Source: Candidatus Poribacteria bacterium | GTDB lineage: Bacteria > Poribacteria > WGA-4E > PCPOR2b | Reading direction: 5' to 3' | NCBI GenBank assembly: GCA_965215015.1 | Contig: OZ244042.1 | Span: forward strand, 3,232,001 to 3,296,000 | Length of the DNA: 64,000 nt | In this document: in pieces, positions 43,201 through 52,550 of the stretch | Layout: the number at the start of each line of letters is the position of its first letter | Numbering within the stretch: the first letter of the stretch is position 1 | Translations under genes and position numbers: made by a program | Notes under the pieces: generated by a model | The model's input: only the letters and a program-made list of their open reading frames with translations | Told to the model about the DNA's origin: nothing | Database searches by the model: none

Positions 43201-44112
43201 ACGTGGGAATGCCCACTTTATGCACCGGATCTCCTCGCTGCCGCCCATGCTGTCGGTGCCTATGTTGAAGCCTACGAAGTCACGAGAGAAAAACGCCACC
43301 TCGAAAGGGCAGAACAGTGGGCAAAAGCGGGTCTACCTTTCCTGTATCATTGGCATCTGCCAGATCGTCCCGGTATGCGCTTTGGCTCTATACCGGTTTT
43401 CGGTTCAACCTTCTATACCCATCCTTGGTTCGGTGTTCCTATTCAGTGGAACGGCTTGGTTTACGCTTATGCCCTTCAGCATCTCGCCCGACACATATCT
43501 GAGAGTCAGAGCCAGTTTTGGTCTAAAATTGCGGAAGGAATTACCGTCAGTGCGATGTACCAGCAATGGACAGAAGGAGATTTGAAAGGGACATACCCTG
43601 ATGGTCTCTACGGTTTCTGTACAGAAGGGCGGGGGCCTCATATCAATCCAGAAGCCCTCATGGTGAACCTCTACGCTTTACGTGGCTTCGATCCGGATAT
43701 CTCTACCGGAATTTGTCGTGTTGATGGCAATCGCATTCACATCAGTACCGGTGCAAAGATCGACGGGTTAAACCATGATGATTCAGATCGACTGACGTTT
43801 ACGCTACGTTATGTCCAAAACGAGACGAGCTATTGTATCATTGCGGGATACGGAAGCCGGTTCGGCGAAACAGAATCTTTAGCGAAACAGGGGCCCGCTG
43901 CCATTCGTACCGGAAGCGGAGGGCTTCCCCTTGTGGACAACCTCTCAACGACTGAATCCGGTTGGTTGTATCGTGAAGAAGAGGACATCATTTTTATGAA
44001 ATACAAGCACCCGATGGGAGCAACAGATTTTGAGGTGCTTCCCCCAGAAAAAGCGGCACCCACTCAAGAGGAGGTTGAGACAGAGACAGAGGAATTTGAA
44101 CCGAATCCATGA
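40209..44112 (+). pseudogene. Large hypothetical protein (~1300 aa) split by a frameshift in a G7 run
   Basis: ORFs 40209-42941 and 42826-44112 join if G7 (42869-42875) becomes G6. Acidic N-terminus, beta-rich middle, helical C-terminus. Confidence 0.7.
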
Positions 44113-44765
44113 TCAGGTGTTTGAGAGAAATTGTGGCAGATCGAGGACTTTTTATCACATTTGAAGGCACGGACGGGGTGGGGAAAACGACCCAAATTCG
44201 GCGTCTATCGGCGGATCTGACCAAAGCCAGCTATGATGTATGCCTGACCCGTGAGCCGGGCGGCACCCCCATCTCCGAGCAGATTCGTGATATGCTGCTG
44301 AATCCAGACCACAGCGAGATGGCAGCAACAACGGAGCTGTTGTTATACGCCGCATCGCGGGCGCAGCACGTCTCAGAGGTTATCAAACCCGCGTTGGCAG
44401 CGGGGAAGATTGTCATCTCCTCCCGGTTCGCAGACGCAACGGTCGTCTATCAAGGCTACGGGCGTGGGTTAGATTTGGACAGGATAAATCACCTGAATCG
44501 AATCGCGACCGAGGGCGTTAGGCCGGATGTAACCTTTGTGTTAGATCTATCGGTAGAGATTGGGTTACAGCGCGTCCAAAGCAGCCGAGGTGGGTTAGAC
44601 CGTTTGGAGAGAGAAAAAATTGAGTTTCATCAACGGCTGCGTGAAGGCTACCGGACGCTGGCGAAACAGGAACCACAGCGTTTCAAGATTATTGATGCCC
44701 AAGCCGATCCAGAGCAGGTATATGCACAGATCCATGCGGTAATCCAACCCCTACTGCAAAAGTGA
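44109..44765 (+). CDS. tmk: Thymidylate kinase
   Basis: FITFEGTDGVGKTTQ, TREPGGT, LLYAASRAQH, YQGYGRG. Confidence 0.96.
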   Translation: MIRCLREIVADRGLFITFEGTDGVGKTTQIRRLSADLTKASYDVCLTREPGGTPISEQIRDMLLNPDHSEMAATTELLLYAASRAQHVSEVIKPALAAGKIVISSRFADATVVYQGYGRGLDLDRINHLNRIATEGVRPDVTFVLDLSVEIGLQRVQSSRGGLDRLEREKIEFHQRLREGYRTLAKQEPQRFKIIDAQADPEQVYAQIHAVIQPLLQK

Positions 44766-45727
44766 GCAGCTTTATGCAAGACGGTATCATCGGACATCAC
44801 CAGATTCTCGAACAGTTGTACCACGCCATTGCATCGAATCGTGTGGCGGGTGCCTATCTGTTCGTTGGCAGTGCCAATGTCGGGAAAGAAACTGTCGCCC
44901 TTCATTTTGCAAAGTCGATTAATTGCCTCACGCCAGATGAGGGAGCCTGCGGCACCTGTTTGCCCTGCCGCAAGGCAGACGATGGGAATCACCCCGACCT
45001 TCAGATTATCCGTCCATCGGGGGCCTGGATCAAGATTGATCAGATCCGCGACTTACAAAAACGGATTATTTATCGTCCCCTTGAAGGGGTACGAAAAGTT
45101 TACATTTTGACCGAAGCGGAACGGCTGAATCTCGAAGCCGCAAACTGTTTGCTCAAAACCCTTGAAGAACCGCCCGCCGAATCGGTCTTAATCCTCTTGA
45201 CCACAAATCTCGATGCGCTACTACCCACAATCCGGTCCCGTTGCCAAATCATCCCTTTCCACCCGTTGGTGATTTCCGAACTTGCTGGGCATCTGATGGA
45301 GCGATTCAACATCAACGACAATCAAGCGTTCTCAATATCAACAACAGCTGGGGGTGCTGTTGGCAAAGCACTGACGCTCCTCCAAGAGGGAGGGGATTGC
45401 AATGAAGAAATTCCTGAGATCATGATTGCCAGCGATCGGTTAGACGCCTTCCGTATTGCTGAGAAATGGAGTCAGCAACCGGAGGCACTCGACCACCTCG
45501 TGACGTGGTATCGCGATCTGGTGTTACTGCACCAAGGGGCTCCCACATCACTGCTTACTCATGTTCATCATGCGGAACAACTGAAACAATTGGCAGCCCG
45601 TTACTCACGGCTGCAATTGCAGTCGGCAATCAAGGCGATTTTTGAAACGAAAGTTATGCTTCAACGCAACGTCAACGCGACTTTGGCTTTGGAGGTTTTG
45701 GCTTTGAAGTTATTGCGTGAACCGTAG
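44762..45727 (+). CDS. holB: DNA polymerase III delta' subunit
   Basis: CGTCLPC, NHPD, AANCLLKTLEEPP, LPTIRSRC; follows tmk. Confidence 0.95.
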   Translation: MSSFMQDGIIGHHQILEQLYHAIASNRVAGAYLFVGSANVGKETVALHFAKSINCLTPDEGACGTCLPCRKADDGNHPDLQIIRPSGAWIKIDQIRDLQKRIIYRPLEGVRKVYILTEAERLNLEAANCLLKTLEEPPAESVLILLTTNLDALLPTIRSRCQIIPFHPLVISELAGHLMERFNINDNQAFSISTTAGGAVGKALTLLQEGGDCNEEIPEIMIASDRLDAFRIAEKWSQQPEALDHLVTWYRDLVLLHQGAPTSLLTHVHHAEQLKQLAARYSRLQLQSAIKAIFETKVMLQRNVNATLALEVLALKLLREP

Positions 45728-46054
45728 CTAATTTTGAGTGTTAAAGCTCACAGATGAGATGAGTTAGTCGTGGTGTTAGATGATTGAGAGGTTACAGGAA
45801 ATGATTGAGACGCATCGTAGTTATCTGAGGCGGGCTCATAAGTATTGTCTGAATTGCAGATACAGTAGATGAAGCGGCTTGCGGGGATACAGATAGGGGG
45901 CTCAGACGGGAGATGGGGCAGGAAGCCTGACCTACGGGGTTGGGGAGGCTTTGTTTTTAGGTTATGGTTGGGAGTTTAAAGGCAGTTGCGTGTTAGTCAA
46001 GTCATATGCTGCAACGGTTGTGGGATTTACGGCACGCGGATTGTGCCTACTATT

Positions 46055-46215
46055 ATGGGTCCCCCTCAATTACATGATTGTCACCGATGGAGATAAGTGG
46101 GAGATATATGAGGTCTTCAAGCGGGTCGCGTTGGAATAACGCTATTGATGAAGTTGGCGTTATCTCAACAACCGGCTCGTAGGAATGCGCTGCAGGCGTT
46201 GGTAATAGGGCAACT
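46055..46215 (+). pseudogene. Gene remnant, possibly restriction-endonuclease-like
   Basis: YMIVTDGDKWEIYEVFK resembles the xTDGxxW segment of HsdR N-terminal-like nucleases; stops follow. Confidence 0.35.
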
Positions 46216-46370
46216 TAACGTAGATTTAAGTGCGATTCGAGTACCTTATGAACCAAACTAGGAAAGCTAGTCCCTAAACACCCCAAAAGCCGATCTTTCC
46301 AATTAGAGGAACGCAGACTGTCGTTCCCTACTCAGACGCAATAAGCGGTAAGCCAAAGAGGAATACAATC

Positions 46371-48281
46371 ATGAGTACATTCTACATTACAACACCGATA
46401 TACTATACCAACGCTGAGCCGCACGCCGGACACGCGTATACAACAATCGCCGCCGACGTGCTCGCAAGATACCATCGTCTCAAAGGGGACGACGTTTTTT
46501 TTCTAACCGGCGTGGACGAGCATGGGGAAAATATCCAAAAAATTGCTGACCAGAAAAATATCTCTCCACAGGCTTACTGCGATCAAATCGCTCCAACGTT
46601 CACGACGCTTTGGGAAAGACTGAATGTATCTTATGACATCTTCCTGCGCACGACGAGTGAATTGCACAAAAGTGGCGTCAGAAAACTCCTGAACACGCTT
46701 TATGAGACAGGCGACATATACAAAGGGAAATACGAAGGCTACTATTGTCGTCCGTGCGAACGCTTTTTTACCGAAAAGGAGCAGTCCAAGGATAGAATCT
46801 GCCCAATCCACAATTTACCTTTGGAATGGGTCGAGGAAGATAACTACTTCTTCGCGCTTTCAAAATATCAAGATCCGTTGATTCAACACATTCACGAAAA
46901 TCCTAAATTCATACAACCGGAGAGCCGTTGCAACGAGATGTTAAACGTTTTAGAGTCAGGGTTGGAGGATGTGAGCATCTCACGATCTTCCGTATCTTGG
47001 GGTATTCCCTTGCCATTCGATACGGAGCATATCTCTTATGTGTGGATTGAGGCCTTGAGCAACTATGTCACTGCCCTTGATTATGCCCAAGATGGGGAAA
47101 GATTTCGTAAATTTTGGCCCGCCGACGTTCACTTGATGGCAAAAGATATAGCGCGGTTTCATGCTCTGATATGGCCCGCCATGCTAATGGCGGTAAAATT
47201 GCCAGTTCCCAAAAAAGTAGTTGCCCACGGCTTCCTGACAAAGGATGGCGAGGCCTTGAGCAAAACGCTTGGTATCTTCATCGATATGGACACTGATATC
47301 GGGACGTACGGGTTGGATGCCTTCCGGTACTATCTATTGCGGGAGTTTAGTTTCGGAAACGATGGCGATTATCGACCAAGCCGTCTCAACACCCGCTATA
47401 ACGCGGACCTCGCAAACGACCTTGGAAACCTGCTCAACCGTACGCTCGGCCTTGTCTCCAAAAACTTCGGCGGCATCCCTGAACCGGCCACATCGGGAGA
47501 ATTTGATTCTGAGATTCAACAGATGGCGCGTGAAACGGTCGAGAAGGTTGATGCCATGATGGAGCAATTGGTCTTTGATATGGCGTTGGAAACGATCTGG
47601 GAGTTTGTACGGCGGATTAACCGGTATATCCAACAAACGCAGGTCTGGACCTTAGCAAAATCGGAAGAAACAAAGGGGCGTATGGGAACAATCCTCTATA
47701 ACAGCATGGAAGCCCTGCGGGTTGTTGCTGTCCTGATTTCTCCCTTCATGCCCGACACCGCCAACCGTATCCGTCAACAGCTTGGACTTGATGGGAGCTT
47801 TAACAATCAAGGATTGGATACGGTCGCTGAGTGGGGCGGCTTACCATCAGGACTGGCACTTGGAAAGCCCGAACCCATCTTTCCTCGGAAGGATACCAAG
47901 AAGTCGAAGCAGGCGAGCAAAGGGAAACCCACGCAAGCGGAGCAACCCACCGATGATAATCTGATCTCCATTGACCAGTTTCAGGAACTGGATTTACGTG
48001 TTGCCGAAGTGATCGCTGCAGAGCGTGTCCTAGACGCAGATCGTCTCCTGAAATTGCAGGTAGATCTGGGAAGTGAGAAGCGTCAAGTCGTCGCGGGTAT
48101 CGCGGCGCATTACGCGCCCGAAGATCTGATCGGAAAGCAGATTATTCTAGTCGCCAACTTGCAGCCCGCCAAGATAAGAGGTATCGAATCGCAAGGAATG
48201 CTGCTCGCAGCTGAAGGTGGAAAAGAGTTGGCAGTGTTGACACTTGAGAAGCGGATGCCGCCGGGGGCACAAGTTCGATAA
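46371..48281 (+). CDS. metG: Methionine--tRNA ligase
   Basis: YITTPIYY, PHAGHAY, TGVDEHG, zinc knuckle, LANDLGNL, C-terminal tRNA-binding domain. Confidence 0.97.
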   Translation: MSTFYITTPIYYTNAEPHAGHAYTTIAADVLARYHRLKGDDVFFLTGVDEHGENIQKIADQKNISPQAYCDQIAPTFTTLWERLNVSYDIFLRTTSELHKSGVRKLLNTLYETGDIYKGKYEGYYCRPCERFFTEKEQSKDRICPIHNLPLEWVEEDNYFFALSKYQDPLIQHIHENPKFIQPESRCNEMLNVLESGLEDVSISRSSVSWGIPLPFDTEHISYVWIEALSNYVTALDYAQDGERFRKFWPADVHLMAKDIARFHALIWPAMLMAVKLPVPKKVVAHGFLTKDGEALSKTLGIFIDMDTDIGTYGLDAFRYYLLREFSFGNDGDYRPSRLNTRYNADLANDLGNLLNRTLGLVSKNFGGIPEPATSGEFDSEIQQMARETVEKVDAMMEQLVFDMALETIWEFVRRINRYIQQTQVWTLAKSEETKGRMGTILYNSMEALRVVAVLISPFMPDTANRIRQQLGLDGSFNNQGLDTVAEWGGLPSGLALGKPEPIFPRKDTKKSKQASKGKPTQAEQPTDDNLISIDQFQELDLRVAEVIAAERVLDADRLLKLQVDLGSEKRQVVAGIAAHYAPEDLIGKQIILVANLQPAKIRGIESQGMLLAAEGGKELAVLTLEKRMPPGAQVR

Positions 48282-48779
48282 CTACGTGAAAAGTGATGCG
48301 TGAAACGTGAAAGTCATTTGTTCATTAGTACATTGGTTCATGAATGAACTTTTGAATCTATGTCCTCTTGAACGATGTAGAAATGACAGTCTCACCCACT
48401 TGCAAAAACCATAGGCTGATAGTAGGGCGATTTATCGCCCGTTGTGACGCGGGTTGAATTGTGTTACCAGGGCGTGTTGACATTTGGTAGTGGGTAGGTC
48501 GAATACTATCGGAACGAAGTTGGGTTGAAAACTCACTCCCGATTTTGTTGCGTTGTGCTGACGTTTACCGAACCGTGGATCCACGGTCTGGTGAGTCTTC
48601 CGGGATGAAAGGCACCGAGACCGGGCCGTGAAACTCAACACCCCATCCGTAGGTCAGGCAAGATGCCCGACCTTCTCACCGGATCCGATACCGGCATGTA
48701 GCCTGTAGGTCGAAATTCATATCTCGACACCTAAATCTCAACAGAACCTACAAACTGAGCTGCGTAACTCTTATGCCAA

Positions 48780-49838
48780 TTAAAACAACCCGGAGATCGA
48801 GATTCGTTGCGAATTTCCGAGGTCATGTGCGTTGAAAGCGTAATCCGCAAAAAGCGCAGTTTCACCAAAACGGAGATGTATGCCCGCCCCGGCTCCGAAT
48901 TTAGCTCCTTCCGCGCCGATGCGGAGAGCAACCACATCAAACAACCAATACTCCCCGCCAAAACGGAATATCCTCTCAGTTCCCCTATCCGTTTGGAGGT
49001 CTTTCCGATCTGTTTCCAAGTCTACACCAAACGTTACCTTACCAATCATCGGCAGTGAAATGCGGTAAGACATACCGAGTCGGAACCGGTGATCTCGGGT
49101 AAATATTGGCTTGTCAGGGGTGTTCCAATGGATCTGTGTGCCGGTGGCATCCGCCAACATCGCTCCAATGTGGAGTCTATCAAACGGCTTGAGCATTAAC
49201 CCAAGATCTAGCCCCAAGCCGTTTCCGCTGTTTTCAAAGAGTGATTGTCTGAGTAGCTTCAGGTTGCCACCGATTGAAAAAATTGGATGAACCTGACGTG
49301 CATAAGAGATTAATAGAGCATTATCTACGTTACTGAAATATCCCGCCACTTCGGGCCGATCGATGTATAATTCACCGGGATCTTTAACTCCATTGCCATC
49401 CTTATCAAGAAAGTCCCCCAAGCGTCCATTGCCATTGACATCTATGAAGGTAGTATATGGGATGTCGTCCACGCCGAGCCGAATCCAACTGATACCCATG
49501 CTCCCGATGCCTTCGATCTGCTGAACATAACTGACAAAGTTGTATTCCACCAAGCCCTTGCTGAGAAAGCCGCCCTGCGCTGCACCAAAAGAATCGGAAT
49601 ACATCGTGGCAAAAGCGCGTCTTTGAATCTGCACAAGTCCGGCGGGATTCCAGTACACCGCTGTGGCATCGTCCGCAATGGATACGAAGCTACTGCCCAT
49701 ACCCAAGGCCCGTGCGCCAACCCCGTGGCTGAGAAATTCCGCTGCCTGGCTGCCTTCATCGGCAAGTGCTGGCATCGGCACGATGGCGAAACCGAGGGCG
49801 ACAGCAAACAAGAAGACGATGGGACCCTTTTCACGCAT
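48780..49838 (-). CDS. PorV/PorQ (UPF0164)-like outer-membrane beta-barrel protein
   Basis: Signal peptide, GVGARALGMG..DDATAVYWNPAGL, DYAF..DLGNSQRIS, terminal Phe. Confidence 0.82.
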   Translation of the reverse strand: MREKGPIVFLFAVALGFAIVPMPALADEGSQAAEFLSHGVGARALGMGSSFVSIADDATAVYWNPAGLVQIQRRAFATMYSDSFGAAQGGFLSKGLVEYNFVSYVQQIEGIGSMGISWIRLGVDDIPYTTFIDVNGNGRLGDFLDKDGNGVKDPGELYIDRPEVAGYFSNVDNALLISYARQVHPIFSIGGNLKLLRQSLFENSGNGLGLDLGLMLKPFDRLHIGAMLADATGTQIHWNTPDKPIFTRDHRFRLGMSYRISLPMIGKVTFGVDLETDRKDLQTDRGTERIFRFGGEYWLFDVVALRIGAEGAKFGAGAGIHLRFGETALFADYAFNAHDLGNSQRISISGLF

Positions 49839-49970
49839 AAAAGTCTATGATATTGAGCATGCCTAAAATCTAAACCATGTCGTATTATGTTATCACAGAT
49901 TTGCATGTGAAACGTAAGGCCTGAAAAATGGCACCCTTCACGTTACGCTGCACGCTTCACGCAACTGGAC

Positions 49971-50070
49971 TAGGACTTATGCACTTCATTAGTAGGGCAC
50001 ACCCATCGCCGAACTAGAAGGCGAAGCCTCTCGAAACGGAGGGGTTGAACCTTCAACTGCATAACGCCTA
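49971..50070. mobile_element. Short member of the TA-bounded MITE family
   Basis: TAGGACTTATGCAC ... AACTGCATAACGCCTA. Confidence 0.6.
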
Positions 50071-50088
50071 TAGACATAAAAACATAGA

Positions 50089-51141
50089 TTATTCTGCAGA
50101 ACTGACAGCAATTTTTATTACCATATCCCCTTCGAGACGGTAGGTGCCGTTGAGTGCGTCAAACCCATCACGGACGCGGGAAAGCGGTAACTCATGACTC
50201 ACCATATCGGCAAACGGGAATTCATTCTTCTCAAGAATTGGTAACCCACGCACAAAGTGTTCGGGGCGGCTTCCCCAGATGGCTTCAAGGCGGATATTTT
50301 TACGCATCAGCAATTGATTGATATTGAAATCAATTGATCCCATATCGACAAAATGTCCAACCTCAACGAAGGTTCCACTCTGTTTCACATAGCCCAAGCC
50401 TTCAGGGGTGGCGGGCAAAAATCCTGCACATTCAAAGACGACATCCGCTCCGCGTCCTTGGGGTGTCTCTGATTTGACCAACTCTGTGCGTTCTTCGACA
50501 GAGGCCACCTCCTCGATGTCGATTGTGACGTCGGCACCCATCCGCTTGGCAAGTTCCAGACGTCTCGCGGGTCCACCGACGACGATGAGTTTCGCTGCGC
50601 CGCTGATCTTCGCACAGATTAACGTTACCAAGCCGATTGCCCCAGCACCCTGAACCACAACGGTATCACCAATCTGCACCTGACCACGCATGACCGCGTG
50701 CACACCGACCGTAAACGGTTCCGTCATCACAGCAGCCTCCGGAGAGGCATCAGTTTTAATGAAGCAGGTGTTCGGATAAGAAAGGTAGATGTAATCGGCG
50801 AACCCACCGCGAAAGTGGGGTGCTTCATCTGGATTCCATTGAAAGCCGTAGGCACCATAGCTGGTCCCCGGCGCGAGGATAACACGATCTCCTTCACGAA
50901 TCGGATTTCCCACATAGTCCGTTTTTACCTCTTCACCAATAGCATCAATAATACCGACGTTCTCATGACCGAGTAATACTTCCCGATCAAATCCGTTTTG
51001 CCAGTTGTGCAGGTCTGTTCCGCAGATCCCTGCTAACTCCTGTCGCAGTAATACTGTATTTGGTGCTGGATCGGGTACAGGATATTCTCGAACATCAAAA
51101 TCCTGTCCGTGTGCAACAACCGCTCTACCTGTTCTTGCCAT
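50089..51141 (-). CDS. Zn-binding dehydrogenase (MDR)
   Basis: GICGTDLH, GHENVG, GAGAIG; start MARTG. Confidence 0.9.
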   Translation of the reverse strand: MARTGRAVVAHGQDFDVREYPVPDPAPNTVLLRQELAGICGTDLHNWQNGFDREVLLGHENVGIIDAIGEEVKTDYVGNPIREGDRVILAPGTSYGAYGFQWNPDEAPHFRGGFADYIYLSYPNTCFIKTDASPEAAVMTEPFTVGVHAVMRGQVQIGDTVVVQGAGAIGLVTLICAKISGAAKLIVVGGPARRLELAKRMGADVTIDIEEVASVEERTELVKSETPQGRGADVVFECAGFLPATPEGLGYVKQSGTFVEVGHFVDMGSIDFNINQLLMRKNIRLEAIWGSRPEHFVRGLPILEKNEFPFADMVSHELPLSRVRDGFDALNGTYRLEGDMVIKIAVSSAE

Positions 51142-51406
51142 TTTTCTTTCTCCTTGTGTGATTTTACAAAAAGGTTTATAATACGTTGAAATCATCACGA
51201 TTATACAAGAATTTACACAAGAGAGCAACGGAAAAACCACTCAAAATAAAACGCAATATTACCTAAGTTGCTACCTGTCGTCCCATTGGTGCTATGTGAA
51301 AAATAATCAACTCTTGAACTAATGAACAAATCGTTTCCACGTTTTCATTTTCTACCCCATCGGAGTGATAAGTGATAACCTGTGTTACCGAGGAGAGCTT
51401 AACATA

Positions 51407-52348
51407 ATGTATAGTGCTGCAAAAATCTTTGAACAGAACCCGAACTTTCCATCCTGTCACGCTTCAACAATCACCGAACTTCCCAACGGCGATCTGCTTG
51501 CTGCATGGTATGCCGGATCACGAGAGGGGGAGAAAGATGTCGCAATATTCAATTCGCGCCGCTTTTACGGCAGTGAGGGTTGGATCGAACCGGAAATGGT
51601 TGTGAACACTCCAGATTGCTCCGAAGGTAACCCTGTCCTGTTTGCCGATGCGAATAATCAGATCTGGCTGTTCTACGTTACGATGTATGGTAGCCGTTGG
51701 ACACAGTGCAAGATGTATTATCAGAAGTCGAGTACGATGGGATATAGCTGGGAGGAAAGTGTCGTTCTCCGTGAGGAGTTGGGATGGATGACGCGCAACA
51801 AACCGCTCCATCTCTCCAACGGTGAAATTTTGCTGCCTGTCTATGATGAACGCAATTGGCATTCAATGGTGATGATCTCCGGCAATGGCGGCGAGACGTG
51901 GGACACGTATGGGGATGTGTCTAGTCCGAAGGGAATTATCCAGCCAACGGTTGTGCAGCGAACCGATGGCAGCCTGCTGATGCTGATGCGCAGCCGGGAT
52001 GGAGAAATCTGGCGTTCAATCTCCGCAGATTTGGGAAGGACCTGGGAGGCGGCGCAGCCGATAAATCTGCCGAACCCGAACAGTGGAATTGATATGGCCC
52101 GCTTGCACAACGGAAATATCGCGCTCGTTTACAATGATACACAGCGTGGACGGACTCCCCTGACGGTCGCGTTATCAACAGACGAAGGGGAGACATGGGA
52201 ATACAAACAGCATCTCGAAACCGAGGCTGGAGAATACTCGTATCCTGCTATTATCCAAGCCCATGATGGCGGTATCCATATCACCTACACCTACCGACGC
52301 ACTAGCATTATGCACGTTGAAGTCGATGAAGAGTGGATTCAAGAATAG
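51407..52348 (+). CDS. BNR-repeat sialidase-like protein
   Basis: CHASTI; Asp-boxes SGNGGETW, SADLGRTW, STDEGETW; EYSYP. Confidence 0.88.
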   Translation: MYSAAKIFEQNPNFPSCHASTITELPNGDLLAAWYAGSREGEKDVAIFNSRRFYGSEGWIEPEMVVNTPDCSEGNPVLFADANNQIWLFYVTMYGSRWTQCKMYYQKSSTMGYSWEESVVLREELGWMTRNKPLHLSNGEILLPVYDERNWHSMVMISGNGGETWDTYGDVSSPKGIIQPTVVQRTDGSLLMLMRSRDGEIWRSISADLGRTWEAAQPINLPNPNSGIDMARLHNGNIALVYNDTQRGRTPLTVALSTDEGETWEYKQHLETEAGEYSYPAIIQAHDGGIHITYTYRRTSIMHVEVDEEWIQE

Positions 52349-52550
52349 TGTAAGTTGTTGATTGTCTATTTAGAAAATCGATCTATCGTTTTTTCTTGTT
52401 GCCTTAAATGTTAAATTGTGATAGAATTATCTATTTGAATCAGGGGTTTCTTAGTCAACAAGTTGACACCCGTCAATCTCACGCCGGGTGCAATCTAAAG
52501 GACGTAAGCCCTGAGTTTCTTAAATTACACACAATTGGAGATTAACCTAT

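Noticed and set aside
48285-48315. GTGAAAC short repeats (also ~4655, 23424, 38350, 49907)
   Set aside because: Real but too short and degenerate to assign a function.
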